Origin: Anthoceros angustus | Lineage: Eukaryota; Plantae; Anthocerotophyta | Reading direction: 5' to 3' | Assembly: GCA_010909165.1 (NCBI GenBank) | Contig: MU008160.1 | Coordinates: 1,178,001 to 1,242,000, forward strand | Length of the DNA stretch: 64,000 nucleotides | In this document: in pieces, positions 24,479 to 36,071 of the stretch | Layout of the letters: every line of letters starts with the position of its first letter | Position numbering within the stretch: position 1 is the stretch's first letter | Program-made: the position numbers and the translations under genes | The notes under the pieces: model-generated | Told to the model about the DNA's origin: nothing | What the model saw: only the letters and a program-made list of their open reading frames with translations | Databases searched by the model: none

Positions 24479-25984
24479 TTTAAGTGATCTATAAAATTAG
24501 ACCTCACTTAAACAACCATTCTTCTTCTTTCGCATAATCGAAGAAGATAGACCTGCATTTGGGGCAATTCCATTGTGATTGAAATTCTATACTTGATTTC
24601 GTAAATTCTTTATTATTCATTGTAATTTGAAGTAGGTGAGAAAAATATGTGTTTGGATTTTTGCAGAATGTTTGAATAGAATGTTTGGATAATGAAATAT
24701 CGAGTTTATGAAAAATTTTGATTAGATTGCAAATTTTTTGTCTTAAAAATCCTAATTGAGTGTTTGTAGACTTATTTCTTGATCTAATGCAAGCAACAAT
24801 GTTTCATTTGCTAATGGCTAGTAGGTTAGAAATTGAAGAAAGCAATAAGCCAACCACGCAAACTAGGAATATTTTGAAGGGCTAATTCTAATGCCTTGAT
24901 GTGAATTGGACTAAAAACTTCAAGTAAATCACATCTAGCCAGGTTGGTCAACTTTCATTGATTTGCATTCTTAATAAGAATAGAGGCAATGAAATTTGTG
25001 ATGTAGATGGATAATCTAGCGGCTCCATTTTTGCTCCAGAAAATAGAGTCGTTATAGGGCGGGGATCCCATGCATGGGGTTCCTATAGTTACGGGCCCCA
25101 GAGACAAGTGAACGGTCTCTTGATGCCTCGCTCCACCAGCATCTACTCATTCTCTCTCCCTTTTCGTCTCTCTCTCCCTGATTTGGTGGATTTTTTCCTC
25201 TCCGTGATCCAACTTTCATGCTAGGGCTTCTTCGAGTGGTACCATGAAAAGGCTTACGTGCGCAATTCAGCCTTGTGTGATGTGAGAAGGGCACTTAGTG
25301 CGTCGAGCATCGCCTCGCCCTTGCAAGGCAACGCTGTCAAGGTATTTACAATACCATATCTTTCTTATTGCTTCTTAATTTCAGGACTTAATATCTGGTT
25401 ACCTAGCCTTCTTGCCCCTAGATGCGCACACTTGTGCGCGCACCTGAGGCAAGAAGCACACTTGGGTCTTCTTGCTCCCGCGTGCGTAAACAAGCTTGCG
25501 CAATGCCACAGTGAGCGTACAAACGTGCTTGCGCACTCATCTCGTTCTACCATGTTTTAACAGAAATGCTTGTATTGGACAAACGGTGGACATGGAGAAA
25601 TAGCGTGTAACTGGCGGTTCTGATTATCTTCACCCCTTCGAAATCGCGGTGCTCACCCATAGATGCGACACAGTGCGATCCAATGAACATGTAGGGTGTG
25701 GTACCGTGGGTTTGAACACCATTTTTAAATTGGCAAACATCATTAAAAAAATCTAAATAAAAATGTGCATTTTCGCACTTTTTACATTACATTGTAGCAA
25801 GACCATTACCATACCATATATCTCATGAGCTCCATGCCTTCTCATCTACTTTCTTTTCATGCCTTCCCATATACTCTCTCTTTGCGAAACACATATGTAA
25901 GCATACACCAATATCCGATTCCTCCATCCCGTTGGCGTCGAGCTCTTCGCAAATGCAGTGGACGATGGTTAACTAGCTTTTGCA

Positions 25985-26267
25985 AAAGCGCTACTTAGAC
26001 AAAAGCTTCCACAAATACGTAGCTTTCGATGTTTTTTGCAAGTGCAAAAGCTCGACTTAGACAGACTTAGACAAAAGCTTCCACAAATACGTAGCTTCCG
26101 ATGTTTTTTGCAAGTGCAAAAGTTCGACTTAGACAAAAGCTTCCACAAATACGTAGCTTCCGATGTTTTTTGCAAGTGCAAAAGCTCGACTTAGACAAAA
26201 GCTTCCACAAATACGTAGCTTCCGATGTTTTTTGCAAGTGCAAAAGCTCGACTTAGACAAAAGCTTC
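25985..26267. repeat. ~62-bp tandem repeat, about 4.5 copies
   Basis: AGACAAAAGCTTCCACAAATACGTAGCTTCCGATGTTTTTTGCAAGTGCAAAAGCTCGACTT units. Confidence 0.9.
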
Positions 26268-26559
26268 CGCAACAATCTTCATTCAAGATGTGACATCCAA
26301 ACATGATTTCATTGGAACCCCACATTTAAGCGTCCTTGAGACAAATCAGTGCTTGGTGGGGTGTCACCCGTCCCTAACTTCATGGTTCTGTGGGGCCACA
26401 TGTTGTAAACATGATGCCCTCGTCTCCACATTAGTGCCATATAGGGTTACTCCATCGTCTTTACCGTGTGTGGGCCCGATAGTTGTTATTGTCCCACGGG
26501 GTTATTCTAGTAAAAGCATCCTAATACAAGACTTTGATAGATACTTTGAAATATCTCCT

Positions 26560-28680
26560 GCAGGCCTTGTTAAGATTAGCCAAGAACGCTTTATGCTCCG
26601 AGGCGAGGGCTGTCATGTCGTCTTTTTCCTCGCTTTCCGAGGTTGGGCTCCGGGGGCTTCAAGCGTCCCTCCTGGAGAAACATTATGGGCAGGCGAAGTT
26701 GGCCCTCCTCCGGGACTCCTTCATTCCTAGGCCCACTTGGGCTCGTCTTCGGTCTTGCTCGGGGAAGGGGGCAGGTTCTTGGCTTCTGGTTCGACCCAGT
26801 ATTCAAGTGTTTCACATCGCACTAGCAACTTTTTCCACCGTGATGCACTGGGCTTGGTCCATCCTCTAGCTTGCTCTCTTTCAACTTGCACCGCGGGCCC
26901 CTCTTTATGACTCGGACGCACTTGGCTAGGTATTCCGCAGGTAGGCAGCGTATCACTACGCATGACGCCGTCCGGACGTCATGTTGTCTATTGCTAGGGA
27001 AGGCGGGTTCTTTCCATTTAGGGAGCGCCTTACACATTGCTCAATGGGGTTTCGCTTAGAGCTGATCTATTTTGACCCGGGGATTAGGTTTCAGCTTGCT
27101 TGATGCGTGTAATGATCCCACCCGAGATAGTGTCTCCACACATGTTATCCTTAACCCTCCGTTGGGCGGCGAGGGATGCGCGATGACTAGGGTAATGCCT
27201 TGTGTGACGACCACGCCTTTGTCCCCTGCCATCGAGACTCACGGAGCCATGGGCAAGGATTTCTATGTTCGTCAAGGCTTGCGCTAGGGCTTATCACACC
27301 GCAAGAATGGGGTTGGCCTCCTCCTTTCTTGTATTGTTGCTTTCTTCCGCAATCTTCATTCAAGATGTGACATCCAAACATGATTTCATTGGAACCCCAC
27401 ATTTAAGCGTCCTTGAGACAAATCAGTGCTTGGTGGGGTGTCACCCGTCCCTAACTTCATGGTTCTGTGGGGCCACATGTTGTAAACATGATGCCCTCGT
27501 CTCCACATTAGTGCCATATAGGGTTACTCCATCGTCTTTACCGTGTGTGGGCCCGATAGTTGTTATTGTCCCACGGGGTTATTCTAGTAAAAGCATCCTA
27601 ATACAAGACTTTGATAGATACTTTGAAATATCTCCTGCAGCCTTGTTAAGATTAGCCAAGAACGCTTTATGCTCGAGGCGAGGGTCGTCATCTTTTCCTC
27701 GCTCGAGGTTGGGCCCGGGCTTCAAGCGTCCCTCCGGAGAAACATTATGGGCAAAGCGGTTGGCCTCCTCCGGGACTCCTTCATTCCTAGGCCCACTTGG
27801 GCTCGTCTTCGGTCTTGCTCGGGGAAGGGGGCAGGTTCTTGGCTTCTGGTTCGACCCAGTATTCAAGTGTTTCACATCGCACTAGCAACTTTTTTCCACT
27901 GTGATGCACTTTCGCGTGGGCTTGGTCCATCCTCTAGCTTGCTCTCTTTCAACTTGCAGCTGCGGGGCCCCTCTTTATGACTCCGGGACGCACTTGGCTA
28001 GGTATTCCGCAGGTAGGCAGCGTATCACTACGCATGACGTCGTCCGGGACGTCATGTTGTCTATTGCTAGGGAAGGCGGGTTCTTTCCATTTAGGGAGCG
28101 CCCTTACACATTGCTCAATGGGGTTTCGCTTAGAGCTGATCTATTTTTGACCCGGGGGGATTAGGTTTCAGTTGCTTGATGCGGTGTAACAGATCCCACC
28201 CGAGATAGTGTCTCCACACATGTTATCCTTAACCCTCCAGGTTGGGCGGCGTAGGGATGCGCGATGACTAGGGTACTGTCTTGTGCAGGACGACCACGCC
28301 TTTGTCCCCCTTGCCATCGAGACTCACGGAGCCATGGGCAAGGATTTCTCTATGTTCGTCAAGGCTTGCGCTAGGGCTTATCACAGCCGCAAGAATGGGG
28401 TTGGCCTCCTCCTTTCTTGTATTGTTGCTTTCTTCCGGCAAAGAGTTTTCCATCGCTCTGCAGAGGGCGTTGCAGTATGTGACAAGAGCGAGCACGGAGA
28501 TGCTCTTCTTCGATAAGTTAGGCCTTTTCACATCCCTGACCACAAAGTTCTTTGGCTGGTTGGTAGTTTTGAAATGCATGATCGTGGGGGCTAGTCCCCA
28601 TGGCATGGTGCCCTTCGTTAGGTTTTTCCCTCTTTGTTTTATGGGGTGGATGAGTTTTCCCATCTCTTTTTTATAACAAA
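26560..28680 (+). mobile_element. 3' fragments of a non-LTR retrotransposon with restriction-like endonuclease (CRE/NeSL/R2-type), in a ~1.08-kb tandem duplication (about 26270-27345 and 27346-28436)
   Basis: ARLRSCSGKGAGSWL, zinc knuckle CSCG...GTHLAR, THD.VRDV, RADL, FVPLAIETHGAMG, IALQRA. Confidence 0.75.
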
Positions 28681-29679
28681 GTCTTATTTTCCTTTGAAAT
28701 ATCTATAAAGTGTACAAATTCACTAAAAAAAAGAAAGCTTTCGCAAAAAGGCGGCTTACGCAAAAGCTTTTGCTGCTTTTCACAAATGGGTCACATTAGC
28801 GCGCACACTTCCGTTCATGACTGCAAATTCAGTTCAACTCTACATCTCAACCAGCGCTCGATTGTTCGCTAACGGTTCAAGTGCTTGCCCTCGAATGTCA
28901 ACAAAACATGCCTAATGTGTCCCGAAAGCCTTAGATCCTAACTAGATATAACCCTTGCCATGGAAGGCCCACTGCTTTGAGCAGACTCAAGGTGTCCCTT
29001 GGGCCAACATATTGCTCGAATGCCCTTACAAATAAACCCTGGCTTGAATTGTAAGGGAGTTCCCTTTGTGGCATTCGAGTCGGTCATGCTTTACTACGTG
29101 AAAAAATTCCTCATTCCACCTCCACCTCAATTCAAGGATGAAGTGTTGGCCGCACCATTGCAGGTTTCTTTTGAGCTGTGGCAAGAGGATTATATCCCTC
29201 GGCTGGGATTCCAAGCTCGATAACCGGATCGCCCCGGCCAAAGACCTTAGAACATTGAAGCCTTAGATCCTAACTAGATATAAGCCTTACCGTGGCCCCC
29301 GGTGGGCAAAGGCGGGCCCTATCACCTGGCCATATGAGATTTACGCTCAGCCGTCCAACAGACTCTTGTCATAATGGTTTTTTGAGTTAGTAGTAGACTA
29401 CCAAGATAAAGAAAGTCATTGAATTCCACTGAGCTCCAGACCGTCCACCAGTCACCATCAGGGTCCCCGCGGACCACTGGGAACCTTGGTACATGTACAT
29501 GTACATACATCTATATGTACATCGGCTAGCAGCTCCACGATGATGACATCACAACCGCATATGATCACCAAGAGCACAGGATGACATGCATTGCCTTTTA
29601 ACATCCGTTCACTTTCCAAGTGAACGCATGTGAGACTCTGCTCTTCAGCAAGAGGGAATGCTGGGACGATGGGCTGGAA

Positions 29680-29790
29680 ACCATATCAGCTTTCATCGGA
29701 CTGGTTGTATGGAGACTTCAGTAATCTGACTTTCATCAGACTGTTTGTATGGAGACTTCAATAATTCGACTTTCATCAGACTGGTTGAAT
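29680..29790. repeat. ~40-bp tandem repeat, 3 copies
   Basis: TTTCATCAGACTGGTTGTATGGAGACTTCA units. Confidence 0.8.
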
Positions 29791-30060
29791 GGAGAATTTT
29801 ATAATTCGACAAACAGAAGCTGAGCCCACAACAGTAGATAAATTCCTTCGACACTCAGTGGACCTCATCACCAGGGATGCAAGCTTGAGAGCCGGAATCC
29901 GCACAGGTGCAGAGAATTTCCTGCTCCACTCGGAGGTAGGGGACTTTGCATTCAGCCACTGCTTAAAAGGAAGGTTCACAGATTCCAACATTTGGTACTG
30001 TATGTTCTTCTGTACGCCTCCCAACCTGGCGGAAGAATTTGGTGGCGAAGTGTCCATACT
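29776..30060 (-). mobile_element. Probable pogo/Tc1-like DDE_1 transposase remnant
   Basis: LGGVQKNIQYQMLESVNLPFKQWL resembles the PGG...QPLDVSVNKPFK motif of DDE_1; weak match. Confidence 0.4.
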
Positions 30061-30172
30061 TTAATCGGAATTCAGGCATACAAACTTCCGGTATGGATGA
30101 AGCAGCTGACTCTCTCCTTCTCCAGAGCAAGGCAGGGACCTCCCAGCAAGCCAGGCGCTTGCTGCGGCGGCC

Positions 30173-32439
30173 ATGGCTTCCGGGCTGGCTCTGTGGAGTT
30201 ACATTTTGTGCTCCGTGGCTGTCACGGGCTTCGGGGTGTTTGCTCTCTTGTTTGCTGTCATCAGGCAGAAGCGGAAGGTGACGGAGATTGGTTTCGGGTC
30301 CGGTTTCTGTTCCATGAAGGGCTGGCTGTGTGACTGACCAGGTTCCAGCTTGGGGCTGCTGGATGCAGGGCAAGGACACCACTGAATTCTTCTTGACAGC
30401 ACGGGGAACAGCTGGAGCGTCCTGGTCTTTCTACGCTGCAGCGATGGGGTCATGGGTCATTTTCTCCCTCCCATCCTACGCTTATGGATATGGTGAGTGG
30501 TTGAATGTGGTGGGTGTGCTGGGACTGGGCAAGCCTGCTCTTCTCTTTTATGATCAGCATTGACTCATGGCTCAACTGTAGAGCAGGGATTGTGGGGCTT
30601 GTGTTCTACGCAGTGGCTTGTGGCCTTCCCATTCTGCTGCAGGGTAGTCATTGGTGCACTGAGAAGTACTACTAGGATCCAATTCTGTGCATGCTGGAGG
30701 TTTCTTCACTCCTGAACTGTTCTTCAGAGATTTGGGGACGTGCTGATGGTATGGGTCACCCTCATCATGATGCTCAACATGGGTATTGGTCTCACTGCCG
30801 AGATGACAGCCGTAGGAGACCTTTTCAGTGATGTCATTGGGATCACTCGTGTACCCATTGTTGTCCTGATTGCCTTGATGTCCATGATTTACACGGCTGG
30901 TGGAGGGCTTTACGTGAGCATGATCACTGACCAGCTGCAGGCTGGCCTCACCCTTGTGCTCCTGGCAATTGTTATCGTGTTTGTGGCTGTCACCTTCAGG
31001 GAATCACTTCCTACACCATTACCCAAGTACCTCGGTGCCACCTACCCAGGTGAGTCGCAATCTGTGCGTGTGCTTGCTACCAAGGCTTGCTTTCTCGGCT
31101 GGGAAGTCTGTATGACCCCATCATATCGTGCTGACTGTGCACTGTGCAGGGTATGCTACGATTGCCACAATGCCAATCTCCCTGACATCAGCGTCGTTGT
31201 TCAGTGAGGCGATGTGGCAGCGCTGTTGGGCATCTGTGAGTGACCGAAACTTGAAGTGGGGTGCTTTCTGGGGAGCTTGGCAGGTAATTCACATATCCAA
31301 TGTTGGGGTTCAGAGAAGCTAATGTGGTTAAACAGGAACATTAAGGCGTATGCCCCGTGTACTAGGTGATTCTCGTGTGCTTCCTCTTTGGATTCGGTGG
31401 GTACATCGCAGCCTGGTCTGGGAAGTTTGTGCCTTCTGGACCAGATGACTATGGCAACACCATTTTCTTCAGATTGCTTACGAACAGCGATGGAGTCCAG
31501 GTATGGCACTGTCTCTTTGGTTAATGTCTGATGTCTGCACATGTTTTCAACATATACAGTGTGATTGTGCATTGCACAACCCCAGCTTATTTGTGTTCCA
31601 CTTGCAGGTAGAATGGGTCACTGTCGTCGTGGCTATTCTTGCAGTGATCCTGAGCGAATCAGCTCAAGATTCCCTACAAAATGCACTCACAAACTGCATT
31701 GCAGGCGTGTTTCTGCGCAACCACTCTGTTATGTGGAGCCGTCTGTTGATGGTTGTTCTAACAATACCATGCCTCGTGGTATCACTCAGGGTAGGTAAAC
31801 AGTGCCATTAATTGTTGGATCCGTTTGTGAACTGATGACAAACACTGACCCCTATCGTGTCCCTCTTTCCAGGGCTACAATATCAACAGCCTGTTCCTCA
31901 TCAGCAACATCGTGGCAGCCACATCCGCACTCCCCATCATCTCAGGGCTGTTCACCGGCTACTGGGCTGAGCGCATAGTGACACCCATCTCAACCCTTTG
32001 TGGTTGCTTGTCTGGACTCGTATCTGTGATTGTCTACGCAGCCATCCGCAGCAACGGGTGGGCGGTTAGCGTGTCCAAATCCTTGCATCTGGTAACTCTC
32101 CAAGCTCTACTCCCATACTTGCACTCACAACACATCGTCCCCAACTTCTGATGCTTGGCCTTCCTGCCACAGGTATTCTTCGATATGTATGACTGGCCAC
32201 CTTTTATTATCGCCCTGGTAGCCTCTGGTTCAGGACTTCTGGTTGCAGCAGCAATTGAGATCCCCACACGCATGTGCCTCGGAATCCCTTTGCAGCCCAG
32301 TGCACTTGCCAAGGCAGAGGCAGAGCTCTCTGACAGACCAGCTGGCATCTCTAATGAGGAGCTTCAAGGGTTGGCTGAAAGAACTTCCATCTTCAAGGAG
32401 GAGCCTGCATTAATTCCTTCCCCCTTCCAGCCAGCCTGA
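30173..32439 (+). CDS. Multi-exon Na+/solute symporter (SSF/SLC5-like); reading frame probably broken by an exon-3 deletion
   Basis: Exon 1 is 30173-30277 (GT-AG intron 30278-30368). Motifs TTEFFLTAR, GGLYVSMITDQLQ, FSEAMWQRCWAS, SAQDSLQNA; many hydrophobic segments. It lacks the FFGAHITRRLPNVMSFTDFVRK segment present in the 62.6-kb paralog. Confidence 0.75.
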
Positions 32440-32783
32440 AGTGAAAACCGTGAAGCTCAAATCTGAAAGGAAAACAGGACTTGGGACTCCATTTCGTCAC
32501 TTGCCGGCCCACGATGAGCCATGTTGTGGAGGAGCACGGTTTTTCTCTCGAGCTATGTGTGCGGTTGGAGTTACGGTCGTCTTCCCTGACGCCTGTTATT
32601 TAAGTACATTTTTTATTTCATGAGACAAATTTCTTTACTTCAAGACTGTTGTCAGGTCCTGATTTCTATCCGAAATAGATTTCCACACACAAACATGCAG
32701 GCGGAAATGTCGAGAATGCGGATCTGCCTACGTTTGATCTTCGCCGGGTGAGACCAGAGGGGGAAGCGAGCCGCAGGAACGGC

Positions 32784-35534
32784 ATGGCGCTGCTGCCTTT
32801 GCAAAATGTGGCTTTGTTTCTGGACTCGAAGCAGCAGCAGCGGCCAGTTAGTGAGCTGAATTTGAAGCAAAGCTTCAGGCGGGACGATGGCCTGTCACTG
32901 CCTGATGTCTCAGCTTCTGCTGAACACAATGATGAAGGAATTCTGCAGAAAGAGCAACGGTGGGGAGATCTGTTCTCAGACACAAGGAGGTATTCTGACT
33001 TCAGTCACAAGAAGTCCGGGAAGGACAGTCCGAGTCCCGGTTGGGTGGAGTCGCAGCTGGCCGGATGGGACGCTGGGGTGAGGGAGCCCTGGCTGTGTGA
33101 TGGAAATTGGGTTGAGATTTTGACGAAGTGTTGTGAGGAGGGGGAGTTGAAAGAGGGTGTGGAAGCATTGGAGCACCTGGTGAAGAGAGGGTGTAATGTC
33201 ACCCACATTTTCTTCTACCGTGTCCTGAAGAGGTGCGTTGGGCAGAAGGATGCGGCTCTTGGGAGCCGTGTCCATGCCCTTGCTTGCCAATGTGGGTACG
33301 AGTCGAATCCCTTTTTGGCCACCCTCATGGTTGGAATTTATGCTTCTCACGGGAGATTGAGGGAGGCAGTGGAGGTTTTTGACAAGGTGGTGGCTCCGGA
33401 CGCTCATTTGTGGGCCACCATTATTTTGGCGCATGCTAGGCATGGGCAGGTTGTGGAGGCCATGAAGTTGTATCGGTTGATGAGGGATTCCAGTGTGAAG
33501 CCAGACGACCATGTGTATGTGGCGGTTCTCAAGGCCTGTGCTGCTGCAGAGCATCTGGTATTCGGGAAGGAGGTGCACGCTGATATTCTGGCGAATGCTG
33601 GGAGGGGGAACATTTTCGTGGGGAACAGCCTCGTGAACATGTATGCTAAGTGTGGGAGCTTGGATGATGCCCGCAGAGTGTTTGACAGTCTGCCCGAGAG
33701 AGATGTTGTGACATGGACTGCCATGATCAAAGGGTATACGCAGCAGGGGCTGTGTCGACAGGCTCTGGCTGTCTATCATGATATGCAGCAGGAGGGTGTA
33801 GTTCTGGCTGATCATGTCACCTTTGTGTGCCTCCTTCAAGCATGTATTGGGCTTGGAGTTTTGGTGCAGGGGAAGGAGCTGCATGCTAGAATTCAGGAAA
33901 GGGGTCTGGAAGGTAATGTGTTTATTGGTAGCTGCTTGGTGGACATGTACGCAAAGTGTGGGAGCTTGGAGGATGCCCGCAGATTGTTCGACAGGCTGCC
34001 CACGAGAAGTGTGGTGGTGTGGAATGCTATGATTGCAGGATATGCTCATCATGGGCTTGGTGGACAAGCGCTTGACCTCTATGCAGGTATGCAACTGGAT
34101 GGCATGACTTTAGCTAATGCTGTTACTTTCATGAGCCTCCTGCAAGCTTGTGCCAGCTTCAGAGATCTGCACCAGGGGAAGCAGCTTCATGCTCAGATCC
34201 GGCAGAGAGGACTGGAAGCCGATTTACTGGTTGGGAATTGTCTGATCGACATGTATGCAAAATGTGGAAGCTTGGACGATGCTCGCAGTCTGTTCAACAG
34301 AATGCCAACAAGAGATGTAGTGACTTGGACCTCCATGATGGCAGGATATGTCCAGCAAGGGAAGGGCGTAGAAGCGCTCTCTCTCTATTCCAGTATGCAA
34401 CAGGAAGGCATCACTCCAGCCAATCAGGTTACCTTCGTGTGCCTTCTTCGAGCATGTGCCAGTGTCGGAGCTCTGCTTCACGGGAAGGAGCTACATGCAT
34501 GCATTCGAAAACAGGGATTGGACACGGATGCGCTTATTGGCAGCTGCCTTGTGGACATGTATGCAAAATGTGGCAGCTTGAACGATGCTCAGAGGGTATT
34601 TGATGGATTGCCCAGCAGAGATGTGGTGACATGGAGTGCCCTATTGAACGGCTATGCTGAACACAGCGATGGTCGAATGGCGATACAATGTTTCAAAGGG
34701 ATGCTCGATGATGGTGTCCAACCGGATGGTACCACTTTTATTTGCCTTCTTGTGGCATGCAGTCATGCAGGGCTGGTGCATGAAGGTCGGCAGTATTTTG
34801 ACATGATGAAAAACCTCGGCATTCAGCCTACTGCTCATCACTACAATTGCATGGTTGATCTTCTTGGGCGGTCAGGCCTTCTGGATGAGGCAGAACATAC
34901 TTTGCTTACCATGCCCTTCGAGAAAAATGTGGTGGGGTTGACGTCTTTGCTTAGCGCCTGCCGAAGCTACGGTGACGCGGAGCGAGGAAGATGGTGTTTT
35001 GATCGTCTTGTAGAAATGGAACCTGAGAATGCCACGGCATACGTTCTCTTGGGCAACATCTATGCCAGCAACGGCAGGTGGGATGATGTAGATAGAATAG
35101 AAAGCCTTCGAAGGTCCAAAGGTGCTAAGAAGAAGCCTGCAAAGGTCTGCATCGAGGTTAACAACCGGGTCCACGAGTTCACAGTGGGGGAGGAGAGGCT
35201 TGATATCTCCTCAAAGCTACGGAGCGTGGACAGAAAGCTGAAAGAGGAAGGAGGGCATATGCCACAGACAGAATTGGTCCTGAAGCCAGTTTCTGAGCTG
35301 GAGAAGGAAGATGCCCTGTGCGGGCATGCAGAGAAGCTGGCCCTGGCATACGGTCTCCTCAACACTCCTGAGGGCACTCCATTGCTGGTCACTAAAAACC
35401 TTCGCATGTGCAATGACTGCCACAGCAGCACCAAGATCATGTCACATCTCGAAAATCGAGACATCATAGTCAGAGATGCCCACCGAGTGCACCGTTTTGC
35501 TGAAGGCTCTTGTTCATGTGGAGATCGGCATTGA
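32784..35534 (+). CDS. Intact PLS-class PPR protein (about 18 motifs, E1, E2) with DYW:KP domain ending in DRH; candidate organellar U-to-C editing factor
   Basis: Uninterrupted single-exon ORF; KKKPAKVCIEV in place of the PG box; HAE (35325-35333); CNDC; terminal CSCGDRH. First ATG at 32784. Confidence 0.95.
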   Translation: MALLPLQNVALFLDSKQQQRPVSELNLKQSFRRDDGLSLPDVSASAEHNDEGILQKEQRWGDLFSDTRRYSDFSHKKSGKDSPSPGWVESQLAGWDAGVREPWLCDGNWVEILTKCCEEGELKEGVEALEHLVKRGCNVTHIFFYRVLKRCVGQKDAALGSRVHALACQCGYESNPFLATLMVGIYASHGRLREAVEVFDKVVAPDAHLWATIILAHARHGQVVEAMKLYRLMRDSSVKPDDHVYVAVLKACAAAEHLVFGKEVHADILANAGRGNIFVGNSLVNMYAKCGSLDDARRVFDSLPERDVVTWTAMIKGYTQQGLCRQALAVYHDMQQEGVVLADHVTFVCLLQACIGLGVLVQGKELHARIQERGLEGNVFIGSCLVDMYAKCGSLEDARRLFDRLPTRSVVVWNAMIAGYAHHGLGGQALDLYAGMQLDGMTLANAVTFMSLLQACASFRDLHQGKQLHAQIRQRGLEADLLVGNCLIDMYAKCGSLDDARSLFNRMPTRDVVTWTSMMAGYVQQGKGVEALSLYSSMQQEGITPANQVTFVCLLRACASVGALLHGKELHACIRKQGLDTDALIGSCLVDMYAKCGSLNDAQRVFDGLPSRDVVTWSALLNGYAEHSDGRMAIQCFKGMLDDGVQPDGTTFICLLVACSHAGLVHEGRQYFDMMKNLGIQPTAHHYNCMVDLLGRSGLLDEAEHTLLTMPFEKNVVGLTSLLSACRSYGDAERGRWCFDRLVEMEPENATAYVLLGNIYASNGRWDDVDRIESLRRSKGAKKKPAKVCIEVNNRVHEFTVGEERLDISSKLRSVDRKLKEEGGHMPQTELVLKPVSELEKEDALCGHAEKLALAYGLLNTPEGTPLLVTKNLRMCNDCHSSTKIMSHLENRDIIVRDAHRVHRFAEGSCSCGDRH

Positions 35535-35587
35535 CAATTAACCTGAATCGGGGACTCACACTCTAACCCAAGTGCACACAGACTTTG

Positions 35588-35760
35588 CCCCTCGAAGGAA
35601 GCTACTAGGACTTGATAGACTTCACTCACCCTAACCCCACTCTTTCCTTTCCCTAACCTGCAGCTTGTAGCCCCTCGAAGGAAGCTAGTAGGACTTGATA
35701 GACATCTTCGCTGACCCCTAACCCCGTTCTTTCCTTTCCCGAACCTGCAGCTTGTAGCCG
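35588..35760. repeat. ~85-bp direct repeat, 2 copies
   Basis: CCCTCGAAGGAAGCTA...CCTGCAGCTTGTAG occurs twice. Confidence 0.85.
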
Positions 35761-36071
35761 ACCTGCCAGCATGCAGATTGCAAGGTGCATTTCCAGTTGT
35801 AAACTCCAAAGCACCATGAACACAAGAGTGAGGGACGAAGGCCGTGAGGCATTCGTGCCCATTTTTGCACTTCCATATCCGTCGGTTCTGTGCAGTGTGT
35901 GAGAAATATCTGCCAACCTCTGAAGTCCTTTGCCGCTGTTTCCGAGTACATGTTCAGTGGCTGTTGCTAAGTTGCCACAGGTAAATCGAGTCCCTGAATA
36001 TCCTTGTATGTATCTACAGAAGGGCGGGCCTTCAAGTTGCGATGTCGGAGCCCTAAAAAGGCAGTGTCACC

